64,000 nt of DNA from Hemiscyllium ocellatum (GCF_020745735.1 NC_083425.1:29437575-29501574), one strand, 5' to 3'. Shown: positions 1-12,802, counted from the stretch's first letter. The notes: generated from the sequence alone by a model not told the origin. Program-made: numbers and translations.

Positions 1-19
1 TTCAGAGATGTTTTTGAGC

Positions 20-530
20 AAATCCCTAAAGAGTATCTGACGTTCTCCTGAGGCTCTCCTGTTAAGACTGAGCAGGATGTTTAATTCTGGAGTCTGGTTT
101 TAAGCATAAAACTGCATGTCCAGACCAGTAGAGCTGATTTTAAGAGATTAGTACTTTAATTCTTGACAAATTGGCTTGGGACATCATGCTGTTCTTGCCA
201 TTTCTTCTTGCTGGATTTGCACGATCTTGCAAAGGCAGTATTGGCAGTCTATCTCCAGTTCCTTCCCATCCTTGCTATAAGTTGTCCAAGTCTCCAAAGC
301 ATGCAGGAACATAGGGATCACCACTGCCTGATAAACCTTGACCTTAGTCCCAGGTTTGAGATCCTGACTGTCAAATAATCTTTTTGTCATTCTGCTGAAG
401 GCTGAGCTTGTACACTGGAGATCATTGTGAATTCTGTCATTGAAGCCTGCCTTCATCGCATGGAAGCTCCTCAGAGATGGAAAATGGTCTAGATTTTCCC
501 AATCTCACTGTTGAATCTACATTATGACTG
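20..530 (-). mobile_element. RTE-clade LINE fragment (C-terminal to RT)
   Basis: ORF 184..456(-) 'RLFDSQDLKPGTKVKVYQAVVIPMFLHALETWTTY...ELE' resembles the RTE motif L...TK.KVY.AVV.P.LLY..ETW; degenerate. Confidence 0.7.
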
Positions 531-1063
531 TAAAATAGCAGGCAGTAGTTTTAATCAGATAATTTTAATTTCAACCTTATGTTTTACTGGTAGTGTATTT
601 TAAAATCACCAATCATAGTTGTAATTTTAGTCACGGTAAATGAGTCAGTTTGTGTCTCATTTACTTTATTGTAGAAGCAAAACCTACAAGAAGTATTGTC
701 AATAGACCAAACACTGAGCTACCATATTTATATCTTTAAGCAATGATGAAACAAAGATTTTGCAAAATTTAATTTGACTATCACCTGGAATGAAGCTTAT
801 TTGTTCTTTGCACAATAAATCACCTTGACACTCTCTGTATTGTTAATAGTTTAGTGCAGGAAAGCAGTTAGAAAGTAAATGTTCCACGGCAATAGCTGCT
901 GGCAGGAAAGAGCGAATGCATGTTTCCCCAGTGGTTTCTCTAACTCTAAATAATTAGTTAGTACTGCAGCCAGTTCTCTGCTTTTCAAAAGAATCAGATG
1001 CAAGTAAAACTTGATGTACACACAAAATTTACTGTCCTTCGGGATTAGTATTTCTGCAATTCT

Positions 1064-1412
1064 GGGACAGCACGGTGGCTCAGTGCTTAGCATTGCTGCC
1101 TCACAGCGCCAGGGACCTGGACTTGATTCCAGCCTCGGGGGACTGTCTGTGTGGAGTTTGCACATTCTCCCCGTGTCTGCATGGGTTTCATCCGGATGCT
1201 CCAGTTTCTTCCCACAGTCCAAAGATGTGCAGGTTAGGTGAATTGGCCGTTATAAATTGTCCATAGTATTCAAGGATGTTTAGGTTAAGTGCATTAGTCA
1301 GGGGTAAACGAAGAGCAATATGGTGGGGGAATATATTTGGATGTGATATTTTTTGGAGGGTTGGTGTTGACTTGTTTGTCTGAAGGGTCTGTTTCCATTC
1401 TCCATGGATTCT
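1064..1412 (+). mobile_element. HE1-type V-SINE (tRNA-derived)
   Basis: tRNA head GCACGGTGGCTCAGTG..., V-domain TGTGTGGAGTTTGCACATTCTCCCCGTGTCTGC, CR1-like 3' tail GAAGGGTCTGTTTCC; 6 other copies in window. Confidence 0.9.
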
Positions 1413-1824
1413 AAAACAAATGTAAATCTCCTTGAGGTTTCAATGAGCGATTCAGTAGCCATTACCATTAGAGTAGTGGTATTCACAGAATGGCCTAAGA
1501 ATATTTATTACTTGTCCCATCTCACCAGTAGGCCATAGCAGATGCACTGATCTATTAGTTCCTCAGTTCCTATCTTCACCCTGCTCCCTGGCAAAGGGAA
1601 AGCTGTGTCTAAGAAAACAAGCTAGGAAGCATTGCTTTCATAGCCTTAATAGTGTGAGCAAACAAGCCCCACAGAAACAGAAATACTTCCTTGACAATAG
1701 TCCATGATTTTATTTATCTCTCTGAAAATTATTGGGCTTATTAAGCAACTGTCCCACAGATTGCAATCAGAATCTTACTGTGTGAGGAAATCACAAATAT
1801 CCAACAAATGTTGAAAAGGACATT

Positions 1825-2980
1825 TGAATTGGCTTAATGGTGGGAAACAGAGCGCGATGGTGGGATGGTGGAAAATTGTTACTTGGACTGGAGGCCTGTG
1901 ACTAACAGTGCGCCACAAGGATCAATTCTGGGTTTCCTGTTGTTCATCATTTATATTGATTTGGATGATAATACAGGAAGTATGATTAATAAGTTGTTGC
2001 TGACACCAAAATTGGTCGTATAGGCAACAGTAAAGAGATTATCTTAAGGTACAATGAGATCTTGATCAGGTGGGCCAATGGACTGAGAAGTGGCAGATAG
2101 AGTTTAATTTAGATAAATACTAGGTTTTGCATTTTGTAAGGCAAACCAGGCCAGGAATTACACAGTTAATGGTAGGGCCCTGGGGAGTGTTGTTGAACAG
2201 AGGGACCTAAAGGTTCAGGGACATAGTTCCTTGAAAGTGGGGTTGTAAGTAGGCAGGATACTGAAGAAAGTGTTTGGCATGTTTGCCTTTATTGGTCAGA
2301 GCATTGAGTACAGGAGCTAGGACATCATGTTGTGGCTGTACAAGACATTATTGAAGTCACATTTAGAATATTGTGTACAATATTGTGGTATGGACGGATG
2401 TTGTTAAAATGGAAAGAGTCCAGAAAAACTTTACAATGATGTTGCTGGGTCTGGAGTTACAAGGAGAATGAATAGGTTGGGATGTCTTTCCCTGGAGCAT
2501 CAGAGACTGAGAGGTGACCTTATAGAGGTTTATAAAGTCATGAGGAGTACAGATAAAGTGAATAACCAATGTCTTTTTTCAAGGTTAAGGAAGTCCAAAA
2601 TTAGAGGGCATATATTTAAAGTGAGAGATGGAAGATTAAAAATGGAACTCAGGGGCAACTTATTCACATGGAGGGTGGTATGTGTATCGAATGAGCTGCC
2701 AGAGAAAATGGCAAAAAGTGTGATTCTGGAAAAGCACTGCAGGTTTGGCAACATTCGAGGAGCAGGAGAATCAATGTTTCGGACATAAGCCCTTCATCAG
2801 GATTGTCTCATAGTGATAAAGGTGGGTATAATTACAATGTTTAAAGATATTTGGACAGATACATGAGTACGAAAGGTTTAGAGGGATATGGACCAAATGC
2901 AAGCAAATGTGACGAGTCCAGTTTAGGAAATCTGGTCAGAATGGATGAATTAGACTGAGGGGTCTATACGACTCTATGAA
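1825..2980 (+). mobile_element. CR1 LINE 3' fragment (RT C-terminus and 3' UTR), interrupted by a PLE fragment
   Basis: VPQGSILG and ADTK-like RT remnants, WQ.EFN.DK, ORF 2468..2788 'LEHQRLRGDLIEVYKVM', GACTCTAT tail. Confidence 0.9.
2712..2803 (-). mobile_element. Penelope-like pLTR fragment, family A, decayed hammerhead
   Basis: Reverse complement reads CTGATGA-A-GGGCTTATGTCC-GAAACATT; interrupts the CR1 sequence; homologous to the 4456 and 39014 elements. Confidence 0.8.
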
Positions 2981-3009
2981 CTGAACGACCATTTCTTCCC
3001 AGCTGATGA

Positions 3010-3215
3010 AATAAAGAACTGTGGATACTGAAGATCTAAAACAAAAACAAGAAGTAATGGAGACACTCAATAGGTATAACAGCATCTGTGGCATGGAAGC
3101 AGGGCTAATGATGTTCTAAGGAGGGTTACTGGACTTGAAACATTAACTCTGCTTTCCCTCCACAGATGTTGCCAGACCTGCTGAGTTCCTCCAACAATTT
3201 CTGTTTTTGTTTCAG
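3010..3215. mobile_element. Fold-back PLE-derived element, family C, decayed
   Basis: Inverted arms AAACAAAAACA...CAGCATCTGTGG / CCACAGATGTTG...TGTTTTTGTTT; decayed core CTAAGGA-GGGTTACTGGACTT-GAAACATT-AACT. Confidence 0.7.
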
Positions 3216-3524
3216 GCATTGCTTCTTGACTGAATAAAGAAATACTAATGATCACTTCTTCTTGTCCTAATTTAGGGGAATGGGACAAGAAACTGAGGTA
3301 ATGTTGATGAAACAATACCTGTTATTTCCATGCACAATAAAAGGAATTCAGGATTTTGTAAGGAAGGATTCTCCTAAATTCACATTTATTCAAATAGTTT
3401 GAACTGCTGATGTGACTACTGTTGACTCACAGACCCATTTTACATCACTGTCGTATTCCTGGAGAGTGATAAAGAGAATTTTGCAGGTATTAAGATATGC
3501 TGCACAGATTTCTAGAAGGAGGTT

Positions 3525-4330
3525 TGGCAAAAAGCAAGAATTTTAAATGTAGTAGTTGCATAAGTACAAGGTAATACATTTTGACAGGACAAACAAAGCA
3601 TGGTAAAATGCTGAAGGTTATGTTTGAACAGAGAGACTTAAGAGTTCAAATACACCATTTACAGAAAGAAGACAGTTGATAAAGCCATAAAAAAGGCCAA
3701 CAGCAATTTGGGTTTCATAAATATGGGTTTAGAGTGCAAGAGAAAAGTGGTAATTTGTGCAAAGCATTGATTAGGATTTAGTTTGACTACAGTGTGTGGT
3801 CTGATGCCCCACTATGGAAAAAATTGAAGTTTAGACAGCACACAGCATTGATTCACCACACTAATTAGGAGAGCACTCTTGTGTGAATTGCAGCAGGGTG
3901 GGGTGCAGAGGTGGGTGGGAGTTAGGGTTGGGTTGGGATTGAGGGTGGGGAACAAAATCATATAGTCCAGGCTGCAATCTCGATCCTAGAGAAGAGAGAA
4001 AGCTGGGTCGTGATATAACAGGAGTCTTATTCTAACCAAGTAAAACATGTGCAATGAGTATTATGAAAGAGTATTTCCTCTCTTTTGGGAGTCAATGTCA
4101 TGCAGCATCGAGTTAAAATTGTTAGTGAGAAAGCGAGGAGAGAGGAAGGGCAGATTTTATTATGAAAAGTTTTTTGGACTATGGACTACTTCATCCATGC
4201 AGTTTTCCAATTTTAAAGTGAAAAATTGAATGCACATGTGAAGTAGATGAAGATTGCACATTATGAGGAGCTTACAGAGCAGTACAACACATATGGGAAA
4301 TTGAGGATGAAATTAAAGTACAGGAAGGAA
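3525..4330 (+). mobile_element. Old CR1 LINE 3' remnant
   Basis: Degenerate similarity to other CR1 copies (EQRDL.VQ, KKA...LGFI, late-RT motifs). Confidence 0.5.
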
Positions 4331-4455
4331 TGGGAACATGCTATCAATGTTATCACAATCAGATTGTGTTTTGGGTAAGTTATCAGGTAGAATTGTCAAT
4401 GTACAACCAGACTACTGCATTCCCATTTGTGGAAAGTTGGCAATGATCTGATTTG

Positions 4456-4663
4456 GGTAAAAAATGAGGTCTGCAGATGCTGGAGATCACAGCTGAAAAA
4501 TGTGTTGCTGGTTAAAGCACAGCAGGTTAGGCAGCATCCAAGGAACAGGAAATTCGACGTTTCGGGCATAAGCCCTGATGAAGGGCTTATGCCCGAAATG
4601 TTGAATTTCCTGTTCCTTGGATGCTGCCTAACCTGCTGTGCTTTAACCAGCAACACATTTTCA
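4456..4663. mobile_element. Fold-back PLE-derived element, family A, with 16-bp TSD
   Basis: Near-perfect ~80 bp inverted arms centred at ~4575; direct repeat GCAATGATCTGATTTG at 4440-4455 and 4664-4679; the hammerhead motif is broken in both arms. Confidence 0.9.
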
Positions 4664-5564
4664 GCAATGATCTGATTTGCCCTACATGGGAATTTTAAGC
4701 AGCTCCCCCGTCATTGGTGAAAAAATATTTTTTTTTAAACATCAGGAATCATTAGAGGGGAGCCCAGGGAAACTACAGAATTCCACAAATTCTACAGTCC
4801 TCAAGACAGGTTCCCTATTTCCACCTTCCCGAAATACTCCTGTTACAATCTCTTCCCATCTCCTAGATCCTGCTGGAGAGCTGACTGACACAGCTATTCA
4901 TGATAAAATGCCTGAGCTCCCTACGGAGATGCAGGAAATCTCTGCAGTTTGTTTTTAAAAATGCTAATGAAGGTCAATTTCATACAAGTACTTTTCTTAA
5001 ACTTTTTGTGGGCTACCTAATTGAGGGACACACTGTCTATGCAGCATTGATTCTTGACTAGAAAATGAGGTGAGACTGATTTCCACTCACAACTTCTATA
5101 TGCTCATAAACTGCCAATCAGATCAAGTTTTCTGTGACTTACTTGCTCTCTTCAGTGCTTCCCAGCAGTAGTAACCCTCTTCCCTTGATCTCTACTTGTT
5201 GTTGAGATTGTAATATTCTGTAGCTGAAGCTGAGACTGATAGTTTGGCAATGCTCATTCCAAACTGCTAACTTTCTCACTTCCAACCAATGTTTGAATTG
5301 AGGCAAGTTAATGAACAAGAAATTCCTTGAGGAAATCTTCATAGCAAGAGACGATAGAGAGTAGTTTTCAAGTTTTAATGTAATACAGTTTCACTGATGT
5401 GTAAATTGCCTATTTCGGCCTCTCTTCTGTTCTCTAACATTGTACAGAATCACCTCATATCTGATGCTCAATTGCACCTCTCTTAACAGCACAAAGGAGT
5501 AATCAGAGACAATGGATGGAATCTTCCATCATGAAATGTTTTCTGGTGTTGGACATCAAGTCAG

Positions 5565-6068
5565 AGAATCATGGAGATGTACAGCACGGAAGCAGACCCT
5601 TCGGTCCAACTCATTCATGCTGATCAGATAACTGAACTAGTCCCATTTACCAGCACTTGGCCCATATCCCTCTAAACATTTCCTATTCATATACCCATCT
5701 GGATGCCTTTTAAATGCTGTCATTGTACCAGCCTCTGGCAGCTCATTCCACCACCCTTTGTGTGAAAAAGTTGCCCCTTAGGTCCTTTATATATCTTTCC
5801 CCTCTAACCCTAAACCTATGCCCTCTAGTTCTGGACTCCCCCACTTCAGGGAAAAGACCTTGTTGATTTATCCTATCCATGCCCCTCATGATTTTGTAAA
5901 CCCTTCAGGCACCAACGCTCCAGAGAAAACAGCCCCAGCCTATTCAGCCTCTCCCTATAACTCAAATCTTCCAACCCTAGCAACATTCTTGTAAATCTTT
6001 TCTGAACCCTTTCAAGTTTTACAACATCCTTCTGATAGGAGGGAGACCAGAATTGCACATAATATTCC
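5565..6068 (-). mobile_element. CR1 LINE 3' end
   Basis: ORF 5873..6175(-) 'EYYVQFWSPSYQKDVVKLERVQKRFTRML.GLE.LSYRERL'; 3' UTR matches the 50240 copy. Confidence 0.9.
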
Positions 6069-6479
6069 TTTGCTGTGAGCTCACCCACAACGGTTCCCCT
6101 AAGGTCAGCTGTAAATTTTGCTGTTTGTTCATTTTTCCTAGACAGACTCTGATGTCTAGAGATACATAAACTCATACAGCAAAAGCTGTGTCAGTTAGCA
6201 GTATAGGTTTCTTTCTCTCTCTCCCTCACTGACCATGTGGTTGCTGCCTTTTGTCTGTACCTCCTTTTAAAAGTGCTGTTGTTTTCATCTTGTTTTCCCA
6301 AATTTCCAAACAACACAGCCATTTATAAGATAACAATTGCTGCTCCTGGAATTTGAGGAAGTCATCTCTAACACCTAAAATACCTCAAAAAAGGAGCAGC
6401 TCTTACAGCCACAATTTCTTTCTCATCCTCCATCTTGGATTACCCAGAATCCTATTTTGTTGTGACTAAGCGTGGTGCA

Positions 6480-7540
6480 AAAGAATCCTAGCAAACCTGG
6501 ATGCAACGGGAATCAGGCAGACAGCCTTCTGCTGGTTGAGTCATGCTGAGAATAATTGAAGACAATTGTGTTTGTTGGAGACCTGTCATCTCAGCCATTG
6601 GACCTCAGCCACAGAAGTTTCTTAGGGTAATATCCTAGATTGAGTTTAGCTGCTTTATTAATGACCTTGCTTCCATCATTAGGTTTGCTCATGATCTCGC
6701 ATTGTTCAATGTCATTCACAACTCCTCAAATACCAAAGTAGTCTATGTCCAAATGCAGTGAGACCTGGTAACGTTCAGACTTAGGCTGAAAAGTAGTATG
6801 TAGTATCCATGCCACACAAATGCCAGGGAATGACCATCCCCAACAGAGAGAAATAGCCACAATGTCTTAACATTCATTGCCCTTACTATTACTGAATTCC
6901 CCATTTTCAATATTTTAGGGATTACCATTTACCAGAAGTTGAATTGGATTAGCTGTCAAAATACTGTGGTGACAGGAAGAGGTCAGAGGATAGGAATTCT
7001 GAAGCAAGTAACTCAACTCCTGACTCCCCAGAGCTAGTCCATCATCCACAAAGCAAGAGTCAAGAGTGAGATGAAATGTTCTGCACTTGTCTGGATGAGA
7101 GTAGTCCAACAACATTCAGGAACCTCAACACCATCCATGATAAAACCAGCCATTTGATAAGCATTCCATCCATCACCTATAACATTCACACCCTCAAAAA
7201 ACAGCACACTGTGGGAGCAGAGTGTAGCATCTACAAGGTGCACTGCAGGAATTCAGCAAGACTCCATAGACAGCATCATCCAAATCCCTTACCTCTATTA
7301 GCTAAAAGGGAATGGCAGCAGATACATGAGAACATCACAACCTGCAAGTTCCCCTGTAAGCCTCTCACCATCATGACTTGGAAATATGTTATTGTTCCCC
7401 TTCTACAGCATTGTGGCTGGACATGCACCATATGGTCTGCGGCGGTTCAGGAAAGCAGCTCCTTGCTGTTTCCCGAAGGGCAATTCAAGATGGGTCATAA
7501 TTGCTGATCTTCCCTGCATTGCTCACATCCTGCGAATGAA
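6480..7540 (+). mobile_element. CR1/L2-clade LINE, family B, 3' fragment
   Basis: Decayed V.QG..LG and FINDL motifs; the same family is at 9600, 42480, 50090 and 63270; 3' end GC(T/C)CACATCC...GAATGAA. Confidence 0.75.
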
Positions 7541-8049
7541 TGTGCAGGAAAGTCCTTCTGACCAGTATCACTTAATAATTGCCAACAACAAAAGTCTTCA
7601 CGCATCACCTTTATTCACAAACACATTAATAATACAAAAAAGTGCCGTCTTACCTCTGTCTCTGCCCTGGTGCTCATACACTATTCTCCCAGTCACTGCA
7701 GCCCAATGGAAAGCTGCTGACCTTCACAGTGGAGACTGTAGATAACTCTGGGTGTGGGACACCCTGCTTTGATATGGGTAGCAGTGGTTTGAGCTGGTTT
7801 CATGGGGAACAGGCAGAATGGCAGGAATGATACGACAAGTATCATCCTGGGTGAAGTCAGCAGTTTTATGTTTCAAGGTACAATTGTCATTCCCACAAGG
7901 CAGTGCAACAGCAAATATTGTCATATATTCAGTTGTTGGACTGCCTCAAGGGACAGCAGGTCCTAGTTGCTCAATGAGATCCATATCCACAATGGCAGCT
8001 GGTTTTGGCTGGTAGGTAACTGCAGGGAATCTGATGATCTCCAACTCCA

Positions 8050-8848
8050 ACTGAGTGGGCAAAGATCTGGCAGATGGAGTACAATCTTAATAAATGTGAA
8101 GTTGTCTATTTTGGGAGGAATAATAGTAAAAAGTACTATTATTCGAATAGAAAAAAGTTATGGCACGCTGCCGTGCAAAGGGACCTGGGTATCCATGTGT
8201 ATGAATCACAAAAGATTGGTCTGCAGGTGCAATAGAGAACTAAGAAGGCAAATGGAATGTTGTCCTTAATTGCTAAAGGGACTAGGTTTAAAAGCAGGGA
8301 GGCTATGTTGTAGCTGTACAACATGCTGGTGAGGCCACACTTGGAGCACTGTGTACAGTTTTGATCCCCCTTACTCATGAAAGGATGTACAGGCACTGGA
8401 GGGGGTGATTCCGGAGTTGAGGGGGTTGGCTCAAAAGGAGAGACTTAGTAGAGTGGGATTATATTCATTGGAATTTAGAAGAATGAGAGTGGATCTTTTA
8501 GAAACATGTAAAACACAAAAGAAAATAGATAGAAGTAGAGAGGATGTTTCCATTGGCGAGTGAAACCAGGACAGGAGGCCATAGCCTCAAAATTAGCAGG
8601 AGCAGATTTCAGACTGAATTGAGTAGGTTGTGAATCTATGGAATTCCCTGCTCAGTGAAGTAACAGAGGCTTTTAGGGATAAGGTAGATAAAGTTTTTAA
8701 CAATAAAATAATTAAGGGTTATAGTGAGAGGAGGGTAAGTGGAGCTGAGGTCATGAACATTTCAGCCATGAACTTATTGAATGGCGGAGCAGGCTCTAAG
8801 GATGAGATGGCTTACTCCTGTTCCTAATTCTTATGTTCTTATGTTCTA
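8050..8848 (+). mobile_element. CR1 LINE 3' fragment
   Basis: WQMEYN..KCEV, LYNMLVRPHLEHCVQF motifs; tail CCTAATTCTTATGTTCTTATGTTCT. Confidence 0.85.
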
Positions 8849-9599
8849 ACTGAATTGTCATTGGAGTAGTGAGACAGTGGGAGGACCATGATCTGTGTTG
8901 CAAGAGAATTTGAGTCAGTGTCCTGATGATCATCTGTCACAGGTCAGTCAGGTAGCACTGACGTGAAGGTGCACACCACTCCCATTGTGGAAAGGATGGG
9001 CTCCATGTCCTACACAACATACTGTACCACTGTAGACACACAAAAAATTCCACGTTCCAAACTAGTGACAGGACGCTTTTTGAGATGAGTGAAAATACAC
9101 TAAGGATCTGATCTGTCTTGTCATCAATGTTCTTCTGTAGTCAGTTCCAAAAAGAATCTTAGCTGAGACTCCTGCAACAGAATTGGTGTACAAACCCATC
9201 TTTGAGGGAAGTTGCAATCAAGTCGATCTATGCCATGTCCTGACTACACTACACTGAAATCTGCTTTTTTTTTTACAGGTGGGCTGTAATTCTAATCTAG
9301 CCTCAAAGCTATATACTAGTGGCTATCACTATAACATCCAATGATGATCCATCTATCTCAGCGTTCTTGCCCTCCCCCTCAATCAGTTTCATTGACTGAT
9401 CAAGGAACACTGTTTGACAATCTGAAAGCACATGGGAGGGCAGCAGTCAGGGGAAGTAAGGGGTAAGGAAAGCAAGAAGTTAATGATCATTCTTACTTCA
9501 GTTTCCATTTCATGACAGCTTTCAGGAAGGGAGTGAAGACCAAATGAAGAAGGTATATGGAGCAGCAACATTGTGCCAGGTATGACTCCAACCAGTATG

Positions 9600-10530
9600 C
9601 TGGAGGACAGTTAGTCCAGCTGCATGATATTTCCACAGGAATTTCTCAATGTGGTATCCTAGGCCCAACTATCTTGCTCTGCTTCATCAATGTCATTCCA
9701 TTCATCATAAAGTCAGAAGTTGGGTTATTCACTGATGATTGTACAATGTTCAACAAAATTTACAACTCTTCAGATACAGAAGCAGTCCATGCATAAATGC
9801 AGCAAGATCTGAACAATATTCTAATTTGGACTGACAAGTGATAAGTGCCAGTTGCACCACGTATTGCCAGACAATAATCATCTTAAACAAGAGAGAATTT
9901 AACCATCACTCCTTGACATTCAATGGAATTACCATCATTTTCAATATCCTGGGCGTTATTATTGTCCAAGGCCAAACTGGACTAGCCATACAAATACTGT
10001 GTCTCCAAGAGTAGGACAGAGGCTAGGAATCTTGGAATGTGATGGAATATTCCCACTTGTCTGGCTGAATGCAGCTCCAACAATTCTCAAGAAGCTTGAC
10101 ACAATCCAGAAAGAAGCCACTTGTTTGATTTGTATCATTTCCTCAAACATTCTTCCCTTCCACCACCAATACTCAGTAGCACCAGTTACAAGATGCAATG
10201 CAGAAATTCATCAACAACCCATGGACAGCACCTTCCAAATCCATGACCACTACTATCTAGAGAGATTAAGGGCAGCAGATACATGGGAACACCACCATCT
10301 GCAAGTTCCCCTCCAACCCACTCATGACACAGAAATATATCATTGTTCTTCTAGTGTTGCTGGATCAAGATCCCCAAATTCCCTTCCTTACAGCATTGTG
10401 GGTGTATTGAAATATATACACTGCAGCAAATCAAGAAGGCGGCTCACCACAATCTTCTCAAGTACGTCCAGGGATGGGTGAAAATGCTGGCCCAGCCTGT
10501 GAAACCCACATCACATTAATGAACAAAAAA
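9600..10530 (+). mobile_element. CR1/L2-clade LINE, family B, 3' fragment
   Basis: ORF 9557..9796 'GISQCGILGPTILLCFIN...GLFTDDCTMF' is RT domain 4/5 with an FADD-like motif; A-rich end near 10530. Confidence 0.85.
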
Positions 10531-11594
10531 CATTCAAGTTAAAAAAATGATCTATCAAGTCAGATTTCATTCTGAGTCTGACTTGCTCAGTAGTAGCATC
10601 AATTGAGATCAGAGCAAGGCTTTTACTTTTGCAAATTTCATCATTACATGCTTCTCAAAAAAAAGCTATGTAATAACAAAGGTACACAGGTAATTGCTCA
10701 GGCTGTGCACAAGGTGGTGATATTCTCGAAATCTATATTCAAGTTAACTGTTAACATTTCTGGCAGAGAAAAAAGTCCTCTTGATGCAATCATTCTCTTG
10801 TATCAGTGTTTTTTTAAGACCTATTCCACAATTATCATTATTATTTATAAGTTCTGCTTGGCTGTGTCAAATCCCCTTGCCTGGTATAAACTATTAATCT
10901 CTAATGAAATATTTTATGCATGCTGATTTTAAAATGAATCAACAAACATGTATTTCAAACAAATAATAAATCATTAAGTAACAGAATCTTTCAGGTGAGC
11001 TCATTTCTTAACGGTCCTACCATATCTTGTCACAACTACTTTTCATCTGGATTTATCATCAGTTTTGAAACTGACAATGTGTTCTCACTCTTGAGCACTG
11101 ACTGTCGAAAACATTGGGGGAGCAGGAATGAAGTGCACTGCACCACATGCCAGGTTTGACACTGCCTGGTAATTTGTCTTTCCTCACCTGCCTGGCTGAT
11201 TCCTAATGCGCTGCCTCTTCCCACTCTTCTGGCTGAGATTCAACCTCACTAAAATGTGATTATTGCCATATAAAACTGTAGAAGAGTTATGGAACACTGT
11301 ACAAGGCTATTAAAACATGATTTACTGCAAGCTCACCTCATGCGAATTTAATTAAAGCAAACTTCAGCATCAGATATTGTGCTTCAGTTTTAATAGAGTA
11401 AAACTTATGTAAAGGCAGAATTTAAAGAATTCATGTAAAGTACTGCAAGATATTTGGAAGAATGCAAAGAAGGAAATGATTTGTTGATTGTGCTGCAGAT
11501 GCAAAGCAGAAATAAATGTTACTCTTTTCCTTTTCCTTCATGCAATATTTGACAATGGCAATCATTAAACTTAATTGTAAATCAAAATATTACT

Positions 11595-11780
11595 TACGCC
11601 AGCTGCAAATCTAAAACAAGAAAAATTAAATGCTGCAAATAATCAGGTCAGGCAGCATCCAGGGAGAGAAACAGAGTTAACTGATTCAGCTCAATGATTT
11701 TCATCAGAACTCTAAATCTATTTTCTCTGTCTCCACAAAACCTGTTCCTGTCTGGATGAATGTTTCCAGGGTCGTTTTTC
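11595..11780. mobile_element. Decayed fold-back PLE-derived element, family C
   Basis: CAGGTCAGGCAGCATCCAGGGAGAGAAACAGAGTTAAC...TTCATCAGAACT followed by a degenerate inverted arm. Confidence 0.55.
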
Positions 11781-12064
11781 TTACACATGGTATAATTTTT
11801 GTTTTGAGTTCCAGGCTAATGCCATCACCCTGACCAATCCCGAAAACATCTCATCAGCAAATTATTTTGAAATGTATTTACCTGAAAGTCCCCTCACATT
11901 GCCACTAGATTCTCCTCAAATCCAATCAGATGCACCTTTTTTGCACATTATCAAACAAAGTATCAATGGCTTCAAGCAAACTATTTCAAGAAACTACACA
12001 CAATTTTGATAAGGAATGTTGTCCCTATTACTTAATGTTTTTAATGTACTTCAGTTAAAAATTT

Positions 12065-12220
12065 TCTTTAAACAACAGGCATCTGAATAGGAATGGTTTA
12101 GAAGGATATGATCTCTAAGTGCTGGCAAATGGGACTAAATTAATTTAGGATATCTGGTCAGCATGGATGAGTTGGACCAAAGAGTCTGTTTCCATGCTAT
12201 ACATCTCTATGGCTCTATGT
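12065..12220 (+). mobile_element. CR1 3' UTR fragment
   Basis: GCTGGCAAATGGGACTAA...GGTCAGCATGGATGAGTTGGACC...CTCTATG, as in the 50240 copy. Confidence 0.8.
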
Positions 12221-12501
12221 CTGTAATTGCCAGCCTGGTTTATTCATAAATACAAATTTTCAGAAAAGAACATATATAATATGCCAGCTTAATCACGTCT
12301 TAACTCACCCCATTGGCAAATACTATAGTCAGTCATGCAGCCGTACTTTCAGGGTACTCATGACATGAAGGTTGAGACCAATTGAAGAAGCATATACCAA
12401 CTCCTCTCTTTTTAATCACTTGGCCAGACACAACAAAGATTTTACTTTGTTAGCTTACAGCTTTATTACAAGTCAATTAAACTATAGTTAAACTATAGTG
12501 T

Positions 12502-12802
12502 GGAGCAGCACGGTGGCTCAGTGGTTAGCAGTCTTGCCTCACAGCACCAGGGACCCGTGTTAAATCCCAGCCTCGGGTGACTGTCTGTGTGGAGCTTGCA
12601 CATTCTCACTGTTTTTGTGTGGGTTTCCTCCCACAATCCAAAGATATGCAGGTCAGGTGAATTGACCATGCTAAATTGTCCATCGTGTTAGGTGCATTAA
12701 TCAGAGGGAAATGGGTCAGTGCGGGGTGCTCTTTGGGGTATTGGTGTGGACTTGTTGGGCTGAAGGGCCTGTTTCCACACTGTAGGGAATCTAATCTAAT
12801 CT
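12502..12802 (+). mobile_element. HE1-type V-SINE
   Basis: A-box TGGCTCAGTGG, V-domain, (AATCT)n tail. Confidence 0.9.

Noticed and set aside
1064-1140. tRNA-like sequence with A and B boxes (also at 12502, 27781, 57450)
   Set aside because: It is the head of the HE1 SINE, not a tRNA gene.
3897-3950. G-run clusters with G-quadruplex potential (also 48489-48517; C-run near 60922-60936)
   Set aside because: Low-complexity tracts, mostly within decayed LINEs, with no evidence of function.
4396-4675. Mirror-image ORFs on both strands (LLVKAQQVRQHPRNRK...), repeated at 18665-18977 and 38940-39364
   Set aside because: These are translation artefacts of the palindromic PLE elements, not a protein family or toxin-antitoxin pair.
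7650-8022. Exon-like minus-strand segment bounded by ...CTGCAG and GAG|GTAAGA
   Set aside because: The frames I read contain stops, no recognisable protein emerges, and the sequence appears to continue past the CR1 insertion at 8850; more likely decayed transposon sequence.
9999-10481. Longest ORF in the track (160 aa), and similar 100-145 aa ORFs
   Set aside because: It lies in a family B LINE 3' region and switches frame relative to the LINE protein; not a host gene.
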